64,000 nucleotides of DNA from Camelus dromedarius (GCF_036321535.1 NC_087436.1:44456001-44520000), one strand, 5' to 3'; counted from the first letter of the stretch, positions 24,198 through 38,020 are shown. Notes: generated by a model from the sequence alone, not told the origin. A program made the numbers and translations.

Positions 24198-26131
24198 TTA
24201 GACATAAATTGTTTACAGGGTTTTTTCGTTGTTGTTGTTGCCGAATTGGCATGGAAATTTCAAAGTGAACATTTTTACTTTATAAATGGTTCTTTTTTTT
24301 TTCAGCCCAACTGACAGATATAACTATTCCAAAAAAAAAAAAAAAACCAATGAAAATCACTACACACAACCAATAATTCTGTTTCATAAGAGTTATAGGA
24401 GACTTCATATTTAATGGTAATTTTATATTGGCATGAGAGAAACTTTGCTCACTTTTCTGTTAAAAGTATATCACTGCATTTTTTAATGATGTTAATAAAT
24501 AGTGATAATAATAATATAATAATAATAACCAACACCAAAATAAGAATAAGGTTATACTTGGAAAGCTTAAATTTCATACTTTCCTTGTTTTTAAGACTAT
24601 TTTCTATCCGTTTCTTTATTTTATCTCAGGAAATGTTTACTTATGGATTCAACACACGTAAGTATCAGAAGAAGAAAACCAATTTATAACTAAGGCATAT
24701 TACATTGACAATAATTTTCAAGCTAAATATTTCACTAACTCTCTCTTGTTCTTTTCCACTGTGGAAAAAATCTTTTTATCCCTTATTTACTAAGAATGCT
24801 TACAGGACTCATTGCTGTGTTGGTGATTTCCAAATGTTCTACCCTTCAAAATGTTGCTGTTATTAAAAATGCTAATAGTTGTTAGCTAATACGTCCATAA
24901 AGGAATGGTTAGCTCGTTTTATGGGCCTATTCTTGGCAATGGGAAATTAAGTCCAAATCCTATGTTAAATACAATTGGAGAATATAATAATCACACTCCA
25001 CACTCCCGATAGCAATAACGTTTAGGATATATGCTTTGACTTCTCTCCTAGGTCCTTAAGTGATCTTTTCTTTTAAAAAGTTTTTCCAAAAATTACACTC
25101 ACATCTGGACGTACACTTCCAATCTGAGATTGCTCACGCTGCCTTACATCAGATGAGGTGCTAAATAGTAGTCATGTCAGTTATTTTTGTTGTTATCCTT
25201 ACTGTTGTATAAAATACATTTTGATTAATAAAAAGCAGTGAGAAAAATAAAAAGAACCCAGAGTTAAAATCTTTCTGGGATTATTGTACTTGGTCACTCT
25301 CTTCAATGCAAATTTTAATTATCATCTCGAGTAAAAAAGTATTCTGGTAGGATTTTGTAATGAATTAGATTTTAACATCTTACTGTTCTCAAACAAAGAC
25401 TCTTGGAACTTCAGTCTTCTAGCCCTGTAAATCTGCAGTGGGTTTTTTTTTTCATCAACAGGCATGCAGAAAAATGTTAAAAAGACACATTTATTTCATT
25501 TATGAGAAATTAAATCCAGATTTAAAGCTCTTCTCTCACCCACTACTGTTGGCTTTTTAGAATGATTCTGTGGTGGTGCGGGGCCCCAGGAAGCATTGTA
25601 ACATGTGTTGGCAATCTTGCAAACCAAATTTAGAGTCCCTTAGATTCAGTATCAGAATATTTATTAGGAGTAATGCTTGCCTTGAGCTCTTTCTGTGGCT
25701 TGATGTTAAGCCACTGGCAGTGCTTCTATGGTGAGTTTTCTTGTTTATCCCTGATGATGTTTAATGCAAAGCTAATCCACTTCCTAGGACATCCCACTGA
25801 GGACAAGTCACTGTTAATAGCTAGCAATCTTGACTGTGATTTCCAGCTGGGATATAGAACTAGGGTCTGTATCTTCTCCATAGCTTTCATTTATACAAAT
25901 CAAAATTATCTTGAGACAATAGGAGAAAGACAAAATGAAAGAGCAGTTTTCTCTTGTTATTCTTGACATCTTGCTACACTTTGTTTTAAATGTGCATAAT
26001 TTGTTCTGAATTACTCTTTGAAACAATTCCTACTATTTTTATCCAGGAGTCAATCATAATAATTCAAAAACTACAAAACAGAAGACCTTCATTGCTTAAC
26101 AATATTGATTTACTTATTCCACTTGATGTGC

Positions 26132-26341
26132 TTAATGTGCTGATAAATGTATAACAACTGGCTTTCCAGAAAAGACAAACAAACAGAAAACCCAAATGTA
26201 GTTTGTATTTACAAATTTCCAGGGTATTAATTCTCCCATCATGATCAATTCTAACCTAACAGCCTGAAGTCAAACTGGCTTTTAATATTCCTAAAAATTT
26301 AGCAATAGGTTCTAGCAAGGATTGAATCCCACACACCACGG
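26132..26341. mobile_element. MER63-type hAT-Blackjack MITE
   Basis: TGTGCTGATAAATGTATAACAACTGGCT...TCTCCCATCATG...AAACTGGCT...CACACACCACG. Confidence 0.75.
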
Positions 26342-26374
26342 GAAAAATACTGTATTACTATTGTCTTATGTACC

Positions 26375-26528
26375 CGCACATTCTCTGTAAGGGGCAAGTG
26401 CTGAGATTCTCACTTTACACCTGAAAAAAATAAATGCAAGTAACTCTCCCAGGACTCATAGCCAGTTAGTAGCAATGCCTGGGTTTGAACTCTTCTTTTC
26501 AGATTGTACTTTAACCACCACACAGTAC
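26375..26528 (-). mobile_element. MIR SINE
   Basis: AAGTAACTCTCCCAGGACTCATAGCCAGTTAGTAGC...GGGTTTGAACTC...TTAACCACCACAC. Confidence 0.75.
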
Positions 26529-26829
26529 AACCTTGTTGAATATGCTTGAAAGCCCTGACCTGGTACAGAGTATTCTCCACAGTGTGGTGCAAGGCTGTCT
26601 CCCCCTAAGTTTTCTTTCTCTAAGCCTCTGGGTGAAGTCCTGATTTCAGGCACCCTAGTCCTCTTGTTATGATCCAGATGGGCTCCAGAAATCTTCTGTG
26701 TCTTTACTAAAACTGCTTCCCTTGCCCTTGTCATTTGTATTTCCTTTCTTTGTCTTCAACAACATCCTAACCTTAACTACCTTGGCTTCCTCCTCTCAGA
26801 GTGCTCTCTTTTCTTGAACTCCGCACACC

Positions 26830-26980
26830 GCTTTGTACTTCTGGTTATCTTTTCTGGGTGTCAGGCCTCTGTGGGCAGTTTGAATAGGGACGATGCATTA
26901 TGCATCTTTATATTATCCACTGTAATCTGTACAATGCCATAACATTTTTTATGTTTATTCAGTAAATGTGGATGATAATT
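26830..26980 (+). mobile_element. L2 3' end fragment
   Basis: GGGACGATGCATTATGCATCTTTATATT...GTACAATGCC...TTCAGTAAATGTGGATG. Confidence 0.5.
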
Positions 26981-27974
26981 TTATTTGTCAATTTTGCAGA
27001 TCTCTGCAGGCATTTCACTGTACCTAGAAAGCAAAATCCTGTAAGAGAGCACTGCATTTCAAAATGCCTTTGACAAATCAATTGTGTCTGATGGAGACAA
27101 TAAAGAATGATTCACCTGTGAGGAGAAAACTGTCCTAAGGACAGACTGAACAGTTCAGAGTAAGGCGGCAGTAGCAGAAAAATAATGGGATTAGAGTGGA
27201 TAACAAGCTAAATGGGAATCAGCAGTGGGCCTTTATGAACCGTGCATGAATAAAAGCACAGCAGGCAAGAAGTCGGTGCTAATCCTCTTAGGAGATTTTG
27301 CATAGGTCAGGCTTTCTTAGGAATAATTCACGCGATTCTGAATTGTTCTCTTTCCAGTGAAGTGATGAGGAAGGGACTGTAACAGTAAGGATTTAGATGA
27401 TATATTAGAAAGATAATAGAAAAGAAAGGAGCATAAAATTCACTCAGCTTTCTGCCCTTCGAAAAAGCCATTTAACCCATAGCCTTTATTTTGCAAAGAA
27501 CTGCTCTCAAACCAAACCAGAATGGGTGTTTGCCTTGTCTACAGTTTCTTTGCAGTTCAGAAATCTCCTTTGTCAACACTGTTTTGACTGTATAAACCCG
27601 ATGATCAGGAACTTCCACACAAGACTGAATTTCAAACTGTACTCCGTTCTCTGTCCAAAGGATGGGTTCATTTGCAAACAAGCGCCAGCCCCAGGGGCCT
27701 ACAGAGCTCCTGGCTTAAGCCCATGTTTACATATACCTTAAGGAAATCCTTGTACCTTTGCTTTTGAATTGCTAAATCAAACTGTTTTTAGTCCCCTGAA
27801 GCTTGTGCACTTAATGAAAATGATTTAGTGTGGAATGGTGACCCTTTTAGTCCTCTGAGGAAGCCTGGTTGAGTTGCATGATGGTGATGATTAATATTAA
27901 GCATTTTGGATGCTTATGAATTTCTTCAATTTCACTCCTTCTAGTATGACTTGTTCTTTTATATATTCTGTAAT

Positions 27975-28165
27975 AAATATGTAACTAACCTTTATGGGCT
28001 TGGCAACATTAGAGACATTTCACACTCATTCCATCTGATAACAACCTTTTGAAGTGGTATTATTATACTTATTTTAGTAGATGAGGAAACAGAAGTTAAA
28101 TACCTATCCTATGAGAATCAGCTAATAAATGACTGACTTTATGCTCTTTTTAATGTGTTATTGAG
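27975..28165 (-). mobile_element. MIR SINE
   Basis: ACAACCTTTTGAAGTGGTATTATTATACTTATTTTAGTAGATGAGGAAACAGAAG. Confidence 0.75.
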
Positions 28166-29519
28166 CCACACATAACTTTCTCTTTGACCAGGTCAGTGAA
28201 TTTGATCTTAAAAGCTCTGATTTCTTCACAAGCTAAGACTTGTAGTCAAAACTTTCAAAGAAATATGAATCACATGCTTGCATTGATAAGTAGAAAGAGT
28301 CTAAATGAGACAAAAATAAAATGAGCTACAAAGTGTCTTGTACTTTTATAAAATAGAAAATGCAAGGTGTTAATAAACATGTTGATAAAGTATCTCTATT
28401 ACAGAGGTCTTTGTTAGCGAAAAACAGCATTAAGTTATAGTGAGGAATATTTTTAGGAATCATATCTAGTAATTCAAATTTGTTAACCTTTGAATTCCAT
28501 AGCACTGATTTTATCATTAGCATCATTACTGCCATGGGTAGTATTTTGTTATTTACCTTGTTGCCATCATTTCCTGTTTCCATCAATGCTCTGGAGTTTC
28601 CTTGAAGTGCTGATCATTTCTCTCCAATAGGCCTAATGGTGGAGTAACTTCACGCTAACCCTCCTTAAATGGCTATCCTTTGACATACTAATTTTTCACA
28701 GGCTAAAACTGTAGCCTGTTAAAAGTAAATGCATTCCTTCTAGGCTCCAATGGTGGATTCAAGCTCAGATGACCCTTTGACATGTTACAGGCATTGACAA
28801 GGTGCTGTCCCCTCTCTGGAAACAACCTAAACATTGAACCCAATGAACAGAGGGGGACCCTAGATAAGCAGGGAAAATGTGTTTATAGACATTTTCAGGT
28901 CATTCAAGCCGTATTACTGAAGGCTAAATACTTATACTTTTAAAGCGTAGAAAGTTGGTGGGGTGGGGTGGAGAGGACTTCTACTAAACTCAGTTAAGTA
29001 TTTTTAAAATCCTTTGGATACCTTATTAGGTTAGTCAAATGCAAAGCATATTTGTTTCCTGTTAAGTGATGATGAGACTTATACTGACAGCGATGGGGTA
29101 ACAGATTTTATCAAATAAAATTCTCTTTTCACTTCTAGATAGTTTGGCAATTTTAAAAGAATTAAGTATTAAAAGAGGTATCAGAGAACATAGATTGCAC
29201 TAGATGGTTGCTCTGGATTTGTTTTAAAATTCTAAATCATTTTTAAAATAAAGGGCTATAATGATTCTATGTGAATACAAGGATTTAATGCTTTACACTC
29301 ATGCACGGAGAAGTATTGTTTAACTGTTTACATATCTGGCCATCTGCAGTTCTTAATCTCAGTGTCAGTGCATATTTGCTTATTCTGGTGGCTTTATAGT
29401 TTCAAAATTCTGCTAAAATAAAAATTTTCAAATAGAGAAAAGCAATAGCTGTATACATATGAACTTATGTTTGTTTTGTAGAATATATTTTGGAGAGCTT
29501 AGCAGTAAGCTAGAAACTT

Positions 29520-29635
29520 TTCCTAGAATGTTAACTTCCTTTAGAATGATGATTTTTGTCTCCTTAGGTCATTGCTTTATCTCTAATGCTTGACATATGG
29601 TTGATGCTTAGTAAATGTTTTTTAATGAATGAAAA
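29520..29635 (+). mobile_element. L2 3' terminus
   Basis: CTAGAATGTTAACTTCC...GCTTGACATATGGTTGATGCTTAGTAAATGTTTTTTAATGAATGAA. Confidence 0.7.
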
Positions 29636-29999
29636 TTCAGTTAAAGAGCATTTATTCAATACAGTGTAGGAAAGAGTATGCCTGGCCTGAGGATTTGCAT
29701 AGCTGGGCAATGGGTACAACCTTACTGTGGATGTGGATACATGAGATTCTCTTAGGTGGATGCCCTTATATGAACAAATTGCATAAGTAGCATTCCACCT
29801 TCATCAAGCAAGCTTTTGATTATAATTGGCTTTCCATGCTGACTGCCGACAGGTTAAAAATACCATAATATGAGGAAATCATTGTCTAGTGTTGTTACTT
29901 TAAAAACCACTATTCTTATTATAAGTTAATGAACTAACATTGGTATTACAGTCAGCTATTTCTAGAGCTTGGTAATGTTAGTTTGCCTCTGGGAGACAG

Positions 30000-30400
30000 T
30001 CTATGTGTAGAGCTGTGTGGTATACTAAATACTGTGTAAAGATAGAAAACAATAGACTGCTGTTCTTAAGAAGAAATCAGATTGAGGCACAAATGAGACT
30101 TAATCCTAAATAAACCATATACTCTAAGTATATGTATCAGTGCATTTTTGTGGCACAGAATGTGTATACCTGAGCCAAGGAAGAGTAGAAGTAAGGTGGA
30201 GGCAGGCTACCTGGAAGCAGAATATGAAAACAGATGGACTTCTGAGGAAGAGGGGACTGTCACAGATAGTGAAAAGGCCATAGATAAAAGATGTAGAAAT
30301 GGAAGAAAGATGTTATGTGAAGGATAGGTCAAGTAGAGTTGCTTAAACATAGCAAACAGTCTGTGTTAGGAAAAATTAGATATGAGGTAGATATGACAGA
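30000..30400 (-). mobile_element. L2 fragment
   Basis: Purine-rich segment with GGCAGGCTACCTGGAAGCAG and GGGGACTGTCACAGATAGTGAAAAGGCCATAG, typical of reverse L2. Confidence 0.55.
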
Positions 30401-30509
30401 TACAATAAACAAAAATTCATCAGAAGTACAAGGGTAGAGAGCTTTAAAGAAGCGTCTCTGGTTACAGTGCTTTTGACAATTGATTTGTAGTTTTGTAACT
30501 AATATTAGG

Positions 30510-31081
30510 TGTTTGGGTTACTTGTTGCTGCTTAATAGACAAACCACTTTACCACCAGATGGCTTAAAATAGTGACATTTAGTTATTTTTCATGTTTCTT
30601 GACTAAGGCTCGGCTGGATGATTCTGCTGCTGGTCTCTCTTGGGGTCACTCATGTGGCTGTGGCCAAACGTCCAAAACTAGAACATCAAAGGTGGTTTCC
30701 AGTGCCTTGGGAGGAGTGATTGGAAAGCTGAGTTCAACTGGGATAATCAGGTGGCTAGGCCTCTTTATCTCTTTATGGAGTCTCTCTCTTTGTAGTCTTT
30801 CCACCTGGTTTCTCTACATGCTCTCTATCAGGTTAGTTGAACTTCTTATAAGGTGGCTCAAAGGCTCCCAAAAGTGCATGAGGAGTAGCTCACAGCTACA
30901 GGTATTTTTTAGGCTTAGGTTCAAAACTGGAATGGTGTCATTTCTACCACATTCTGCTGGTCGATGGCAGTCACAGGTCAGTCCAGTATCCAGTGTGGAA
31001 GCAGATCACACAAAGGCATGAATACTGGGAGGCTCGTTGCTTATGCTCACTGGGGGCCGTCTCTGGAAACGAATCATCACA
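30510..31081 (-). mobile_element. MLT1G/H-like solo LTR (MaLR)
   Basis: TG...CA termini. Contains GGCTCGGCTGGATGATTCTGCTG, GGGGTCACTCATGTGGCTG and TCATTTCTACCACATTCTG. Near-TSD TTAGG (30505-30509) and GTAGG (31082-31086). Confidence 0.9.
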
Positions 31082-31147
31082 GTAGGTGATTTCAAGTCAT
31101 TGTTCTCATCAGCATCATCACAACTGCAGCAGCAGCAACAGCAAAGT

Positions 31148-31360
31148 GCAATATTTATTAGGGCCCTTATGTGCTAAGTGCTATGCTTAATACCTAACCT
31201 GTGTTTATTTAAATCTGGAGGAAAGCAATTTATTATGCCAGTTTTACAGATGAGGAAACTGAAGACCAGAGAGATTAAGTAACTTGCTTAACATTACGTG
31301 GTTTGTAATTTGAACCCAGGCAGTCTTACTTGAGAGCCTGTGCTAGTGGGTACAATACTG
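31148..31360 (-). mobile_element. MIR SINE
   Basis: TTTTACAGATGAGGAAACTGAAGACCAGAGAGATTAAGTAACTTGC...TTTGAACCCAGGCAGTC. Confidence 0.92.
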
Positions 31361-31929
31361 CATTTCTTCTCTTACAGAGGTGTAATATATATTCTCTCTG
31401 TATATAGCACCTGAAAGTCTCTGTTAAATAACAAAGTGTCAGAAAACATTTAAAAATAACATGATAGCCCTAAATATTTTTACCACTATTCCCAAAATGC
31501 TTCAACTTAGCTCAGCCGATTCAGCAACATTTGATGTGTAAAGAATATGATAACTAAATGTCAAGGTTGATTTTGCCAAAGTTGAAGGGTTCTGATGTTG
31601 TCCAACCTCAGGAAGCAATGCACATTGTAGTAAATGTGAATGAAATCCCCTGGAGACGGGAAGTGTGCTGCTGACCATGTGGGCCACAGTTTGCACATGC
31701 TCCCTGGCGCTGTGCAGGATGACCAGTGTGTCAAATTTACAGTTTACTACTTCAGACCTGGCATTTTAGGCTAAAATTTACAAACTGAACATCTAGGCAT
31801 ACATCTTTTTTTCTAGTAGTTTTGTTACTGATGTCTTTTTTTTTATACTAGTATATGAGTTAGGAACTGTAAAGGTATTTCTTTATCCAAGTATATACAT
31901 TATGTGTTGATTGACTGATCCGCTGAAGA

Positions 31930-32225
31930 GCTACATAGTTTAGTGTCAACAGCTCTAGACTTTAAGCTGGAAGAATGGGTATTAAGCCCTAAATGCATTC
32001 TGTTACTAATTGTGCTACTGTAAACAACCCTTTAATTCCTCTAAATTTGAATATAGCTGTGGAACCATGTCATTTGGTGTCAACAGTGTGTTTCCCTATC
32101 TATAGAACAGGGTCGATACTCTTTAGGTCTCAGAGTTCTGTGAAGCTGAAATGAATACGCAAAGTTTTGTATACTGAATAGTTTCATATAATTAAATGTA
32201 TATAAATGCAAGGTAGTATTAATGA
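31930..32225 (+). mobile_element. Degenerate MIR SINE
   Basis: CATAGTTTAGTG...GCTCTAGACTTT...TTTCCCTATCTATAGAACAGGG...TATAAATGCAAGGTAGTATTA. Confidence 0.55.
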
Positions 32226-32516
32226 TAAATGAGAAAAATACAGCTGAATTGATGTTGTATAGTTACTATTAGAAATTACTTCAATTATGTCAGCTGACTA
32301 TGACTTTCTGTCATAGCCTGTATATTAAAATAGCCCCAAAAGTTGAAGATTGTGGCAAATCTTGAGTATTGTTAAAAGCAGGAAGAGGAAATTTATTTCC
32401 TTTGAAAATAAGCTTTACTCGATTTATCTTAGGTATTCAAAATGTCCTTACTGTTTTATCATTATTTTCTTTAATTTTCATGGAGTATCTGTTACATGCC
32501 AGGCATTACATTGGGC

Positions 32517-32734
32517 CAGCTCTGGCCAGTAGAGCTTTCTGTGATGATGGAAGTGTTGTATGTCTGCACTACCCAGTAGAGCAGTTACCTGCCACATGTG
32601 TCTGTTGGGAGCTTAAGATGTGGTTCTTGCAACAGATGAAAGCTGAATTTTTAATTTAATTTAATTTAATTTAAATTTAAACTCATATTTAAGTAACCAC
32701 ATGTGGCTGGTAGCTACTGTACTGAGTGATGCAG
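32517..32734. mobile_element. MER3 hAT-Charlie MITE
   Basis: CAGTAGAGCTTTCTGTGATGATGGAAGTGTT...TGAATTTTTAATTTAATTTAATT...CCACATGTGGCTGGTAGCTACTGTACTG. Confidence 0.9.
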
Positions 32735-33519
32735 TACTAGACGTTGTGTCATCATTTCCCACATTCCTTCCTATCCTGATTCTCTTTTGGGAAGGGGTGC
32801 ACTTGGAGTCATTCATCTGTTGATAGTAATAGATCTTGTTCATCCCTACTCTTTGACCTGTTTTTTTTGATTAAGGGCACATTTTTAAGCTACTAACAAA
32901 TGTTAGTGAGGCCATCTGACCTAAAGGAGTGCTGATAAATAGCTGCTCTCTTTAGGCGTGTGGGGCTTATGAATTCCAGTCTGATTTTCCTCAAACACCA
33001 GCCAATGTAAAATAAAATAAATAAAACTAACTGACTGCTCAATCCCCTAATCATAGTTTGAGAAAAAAGGAAATAACATAGCGGGTAGCAAAGGAGCCTC
33101 TCTAACAGGGACCCAGCATTAGAGTGGGAAGAACTCTGGTTTCTTGATTCTACAGAGTGTCTTATATGATTTAATTTTTTAGCTTTGGAAAATTCAAAAT
33201 TCATGTTGTTATGCTCTTTTTATATAATTTTTAAACCTTAAGAAAATTCAATCCATATGTTTCTGATCAGTGTAGACATAACTCATCGAAATGTGTTTGG
33301 TAAGAGTTGTTTTGAAGAGGTTCCAGAAATCCTGTGAGTCTTTCGAATCGGGAGAAAGACTGTATCAGTTTTACATAAAATTCCCATCTGGCCAAAGGTG
33401 CTTTAGCAGACAGGCCAGCCATCCAGCAGGCCAGCTGAGCGCTGAGGCAATTCTCCCTTCCATAGCTAATATACTGATACACTAGTGTATAGGAATATGT
33501 TATCTCTGCATATACAATA

Positions 33520-33700
33520 TAGGACTCCAAAGGGTCTGAAAATCACCTACTCTCTCATCAGTGTTAAAAATGAGGAAACTATGGCTCAGAGAGCAAAAGC
33601 AACTTGTTCAAGGCCTTCAATGTGGTTTATGAGAGACCTGCAACTCAAATTTAGGCCCCTTGGTTGCTGGCCATGAATGGTTTTTGACATAATACTCTGT
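33520..33700 (-). mobile_element. MIR SINE
   Basis: AAATGAGGAAACTATGGCTCAGAGAGC...ACTTGTTCAAGGCC. Confidence 0.75.
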
Positions 33701-34639
33701 CCCTTCTTTATTCTTTAAAAGTCACTGTAGTGATGGATTAGAAAACTGCTTTGGTGTTATTAAGAACTTATTTCATAATAACTTTAAATGAGAAAGTAAC
33801 CTTTAAAATTATATAAAAAATAAAAAGGTAATTTAAAAAAAAGAATCTACAAAGACAGTTGTAATTTTATATAACTTTTCGTCTGATACATGATTTATTA
33901 ATATTTTAATTAAATGTGTTTATATGTCCAGGTTATTGTCAAATTATAAATTATAAATAAAAATTGTATTTTAATTGACACTAAAGTAAAGATACTTCTT
34001 ATGTTGAATGTCTAATGGAAAGTTCTTCTTGGCAGCCAGCTGTTTCTCAATCAAAGCTAAATGAAAATAAGAGAAAAATTTTTGCCTAATTACTTTTTAG
34101 AGGAAAAGAAGTGGAGTTATATTCTATATGATTTGTTAGCATAAAGCTTATAGGGCAATATGATGTAATCCAGCAGATGAGTTGTGTTGCAGTTCACACC
34201 TGATGCCATGAGATCTGATGGTTTTTTTTGGTTTTTTTTTGGTTTTTGTTCTTAAGATTTTAGAGAAGAGGTGTCACTTAAACTCTTAAGTGCTATCAGT
34301 TTGTCTGGGAAATGTCTGTCAGAAGGAATCTTCCTGTCTCTAAATTCTTATCTGTTGCCGTCATCAATTCAATAGCGTTATAGCTCCCCTCCAAAAATGT
34401 ATAAGCTAGCAAAAGGCTGAAGCTGGGAAGATAAAATATGCCCAATTTGTTATCTATCATTTTCCTCTTTCAGAGATGTTTATACATGAGGGCTTTTTGT
34501 ACAGAGGCTACTCAAGCTTCTGACAATTTACAAATGCCATCCTAGACAGATTAAAAAATTAACCTTAGATAGACTGAGGGTTTGGAGAATGGAGATGGGA
34601 GGGTTTGAGTACAGCCTTCTCCGTGTGTTTGACTCATGG

Positions 34640-34760
34640 GGTAAGATTCTGAGTATCAGGAGATACTCGTTCCAGTCCACAATCTTCTACTTGATCTGTG
34701 ACTCTGAATGAGTCATTTAATCTCCTCTGCTCATTCTAGTTTCTCAGTTTTTAAAGAGGC
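34640..34760 (+). mobile_element. MIR3/MIR SINE fragment
   Basis: TCAGGAGATACTCGTTCCAGTCC...CTGTGACTCTGAATGAGTCATTTAATCTC. Confidence 0.6.
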
Positions 34761-35984
34761 AAAGAAAATTCCACAAAAATTTAAGTTCTATTAATAATTA
34801 TCAGCATAATATATTGGAAACTATGACATCATTTATTAAAGATCAGATGTTGTTACAAGGAAAAATTTATATTTAATCTTATGCAGAAAAGTTAGTTGAA
34901 AATTAAAAGATGAGGCTCCCAGTATTTTCATAATGCAAAATTAGAAGGAACTAAAGACACCACAGATAGAATTAAAAAAAGGTCTCACAAAGGAGTAATG
35001 GACTAGGAAAGGCTACCTATGGGGGAAAAATATCTTAAAATAATAATAAAAGCAGGAATATTTTCTTAATTTAAATTTAGAAGACGTGTGTGATATTTAG
35101 GGAAAGAAGAAAAGATCAGTAGAAACAAAAATGTTATAGGTATTCAGAATTGTAAAAATTATCATTAATTATACTAAGTAATTTTCTCATAACTTCAAAA
35201 CTTTAAAAAGAAATGTATGATATTTACTAATATTAATAATATAATCAAACATACAGGGATTATATATGTAGCTTTCTGGCTATCATTTTAAAATTGATCA
35301 ATTTATAGATTATTTCAGAGTTATAAATTTTTATGGTAGATGTGGCCTAGTAGGCCAGCTTTAATTCAAGTATATCTCCTTTTTTATGCATCTTGTTGAA
35401 TATTCTTTTTTTTTTTTTTTTCAAATACTAGAGAACTGCTTTTTCACCTCTGGTAATTTTTTTACCATGATTGAATTTGCTATAACCTCAACTCAAAGCA
35501 AGAGAATAAAGACTTCAATAATGTCAAATAAAACAGCATGCATGTGTAAATGGCCTTGCAACATACTATTACTGTTTAATAGTCACAATAACGATAATTA
35601 TTCTCTGGAGAACTTTGCATTAAGTGGTTTCTCTAGAACTACATGTGATTTAGTGACAATGGATTTCTTTTTAGTGATTACAGATTTAAAGGATTACTGA
35701 ACCCTTCAGATTTTAAAACAAAAGAATATCCAAGAGGATTTTATTTTCAACTATTGTTTACTTCCTAAATCATGCATTAATGTGATGTTTGGAAAATGAG
35801 CTAAATATTGCACATGGTAAACTGGAGTTATCTAGAATGTGAATTAGAAAAGTGGGAATAAATTGCTCATGTGTCCTGGAAATGATGTGTTATACACAGA
35901 AGCATTTACAAATAAAACAAAAATGTGAGTATGATGTGGAGTGTACATCTGGTTAGGAAATAAACCTATTTTTTGCACTTACTA

Positions 35985-36070
35985 CATGACCTTACATAGA
36001 TTAAAAGGTTTAATATACGTAAAATACGTAGAACAGTGCTGAGCACAGCGAGAGCTACATAGTGTTTGTT
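35985..36070 (+). mobile_element. MIR 3' end
   Basis: GATTAAAAGGTTTAATATACGTAAAATACGTAGAACAGTGCTGAGCACAG. Confidence 0.7.
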
Positions 36071-36071
36071 G

Positions 36072-36144
36072 CCACCACCACCACCACCGCTATCACCACC
36101 ACCACTACCGCTATCACCACCACCACTACCATCATCATCATCAC
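36072..36144. repeat. Compound (CCA)n/(CAT)n trinucleotide repeat with a 21-bp higher-order duplication
   Basis: ACCGCTATCACCACCACCACT at 36086-36106 and 36107-36127, flanked by CCA and CAT runs. Confidence 0.95.
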
Positions 36145-36519
36145 TGTTGTTCACCCTCCCTCTTCTCTGTTCTCTGATGGGAAAACTAAAATAAGATTCC
36201 TGGCTCAACTATTCTAAGAACTGTCTTAAAACCATTCTTATTTCTTTTGTCCTTTTGCTGTTCCACGCAGACGAGAAAGAATGCCCAGCCTTGAAACAAC
36301 GGAATCCTTCTCTCCCTCTAGAATTAGGGGTGCTGATGGAGAAAAATACTCACCTCTGCTATTTAGAATGCCAGCATTTGAAACTGAGCCTGACAATTGT
36401 TCAGCAATCCTCTTACTAATCTCTAGTCAACTAGTCTCTCTCTCTCTCAAAGGGGAAATTTCAAAACTTTTTCTCTCCCCCAAACCTCTGCCCAACTTGA
36501 TTTTCCCTCTCTCTTTTAG

Positions 36520-38020
36520 TAAATGAGCTCATCTCAGTCTTTGCTCTAGAGGAAGCAAAATAATTAAACTTATACTGCACATGCACACACACATTGTTAA
36601 AAATCTATCAGCTTCTCTCTTCAGTGGCTCAAAATAACCTGTCTTCACCCAGTTTTTTTTAACCCTTCTTTCTGCCTCATGTAGAGGTTTGTGTTCTTCC
36701 TGGGCTCGTCCTTGCGATGTTCCTCATCAAGGCCTGTTTCATCTTCCCCTAAATCTCGCTCTGTCACTCTCTATCTAGGATATTTAAAAATGTATCCCTT
36801 TTCCTTTCACTTCTTTCCTGTTAGACATTTTAAAAAAGTCTACTCTGATCTTTTAAAGAAAGAAGAATCCTCTTTCTCTCAAGCTAATCCAGCTCTTCAC
36901 TGTCAACTCTTCCATAAAAGTTTGAAAGTTTTGCTTGCGCTGCTTCCCTGTCCATTGATTCCTACCCTGCTGTCTCCAAACGGTTAATGATGCAGTAGAG
37001 ATTTTCTGATCGCCTGATCAGTGGCCTCTTCTTGGTCATTGCTCTGCAGCATTTGGCATGGATGGATGCTTCTACTTTCTTGAAATCTCTTTCCTTGGGG
37101 TTCTGTGACTTTCTTCCTTGCTATGTCTCCTCCTCTCTTTTTGACTTTTTCTGTTTTAATGTTCTTATCTCCTGTGGTGCTTCCTTTTCTTGCATCTGTC
37201 CCTTATGTGGAGCCAGTTTCCCAAAGGTCTATCTTTAGCTTTTCTCTTGTTACTTCTTATTGTCTCTCCATGAGGGATTTTGTTTTCTTCATTTACTCTA
37301 GTGGCCTGAACTCTCACACTTTTTCATGTAGGAGATGAAAATCATCCATGCATTTTACATACAGTATGTATACTGCATCCTAAATATATGATGGAACTGT
37401 GAACTCTAGCCATCTGTCTACCAATGACCTATCATCTCTCCATCATCTATCATTGTTTCTGGCTCTGCCCTCTCTCTGGAATTAAAGACACATTTCTGAA
37501 TGCTTACTGGAAATATGACATGAATATCTTGAAGACTCCTCTCTTGTCATTACTATTGGTATCCATTTATCCACCAAAGTCTGTCAATTCTGTTTCCAGA
37601 AGACCTGTTATATCCACCCCTCCTAGATCCATTCATCCTCCCAGTTTAAAAGTTCAAACTTCTTCCATTTCTTCTTTGAACTTTTTGAGTAATCTTGCTA
37701 TATTTTAGTTTTTGATTTATTTTTGTTTTTGTTTATTCTGGAGCCACCAACTCCAATCCATTTTTTTATCTTTCTAACTTAATTTTTTTCTCAAAATTCA
37801 TATATGATTATATGACTCTTTTGCTAAAAACCTAATCTGACTCTATTTTATTTTTCTAAGATAAAACCTAATTTTTTTTAGCCTGGTATCCAGAGAGTTC
37901 TCCAAAAATTGACCTTAACCTGCATATCTAGTTTTATCACTACCATTTTCCCAGGTACACAAACATTGGGTACACAGGACTATGAAGTTCTTTCTATCTG
38001 CTGTCTCATCTCTGGGTTGA
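36520..38020 (+). mobile_element. Long degenerate L2 ORF2/3' fragment
   Basis: Pyrimidine-rich. CTCTGCAGCATTTGGCATGG...TTGAAATCTCTTTCCTTGGGGTTCTGTGAC matches the L2 RT region (DLSAAFD motif area), followed by 3' L2 landmarks. Confidence 0.75.

Noticed and set aside
27358..27384. 27-nt plus-strand microexon-like segment (TTTCCAG|...|GTAAGG)
   Set aside because: It has stop codons in all three frames and no supporting neighbouring exons.
30572..31021. Longest ORF (149 aa)
   Set aside because: It lies wholly inside an MLT1 solo LTR and is a chance open frame.
35966..36208. Gly/Asp-rich 80-aa ORF
   Set aside because: It is produced by the CCA/CAT microsatellite and a MIR end.
36241..36420. Strong plus-strand acceptor at 36270
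   Set aside because: There is no convincing donor or poly(A) signal downstream, and the translations are unrecognisable.
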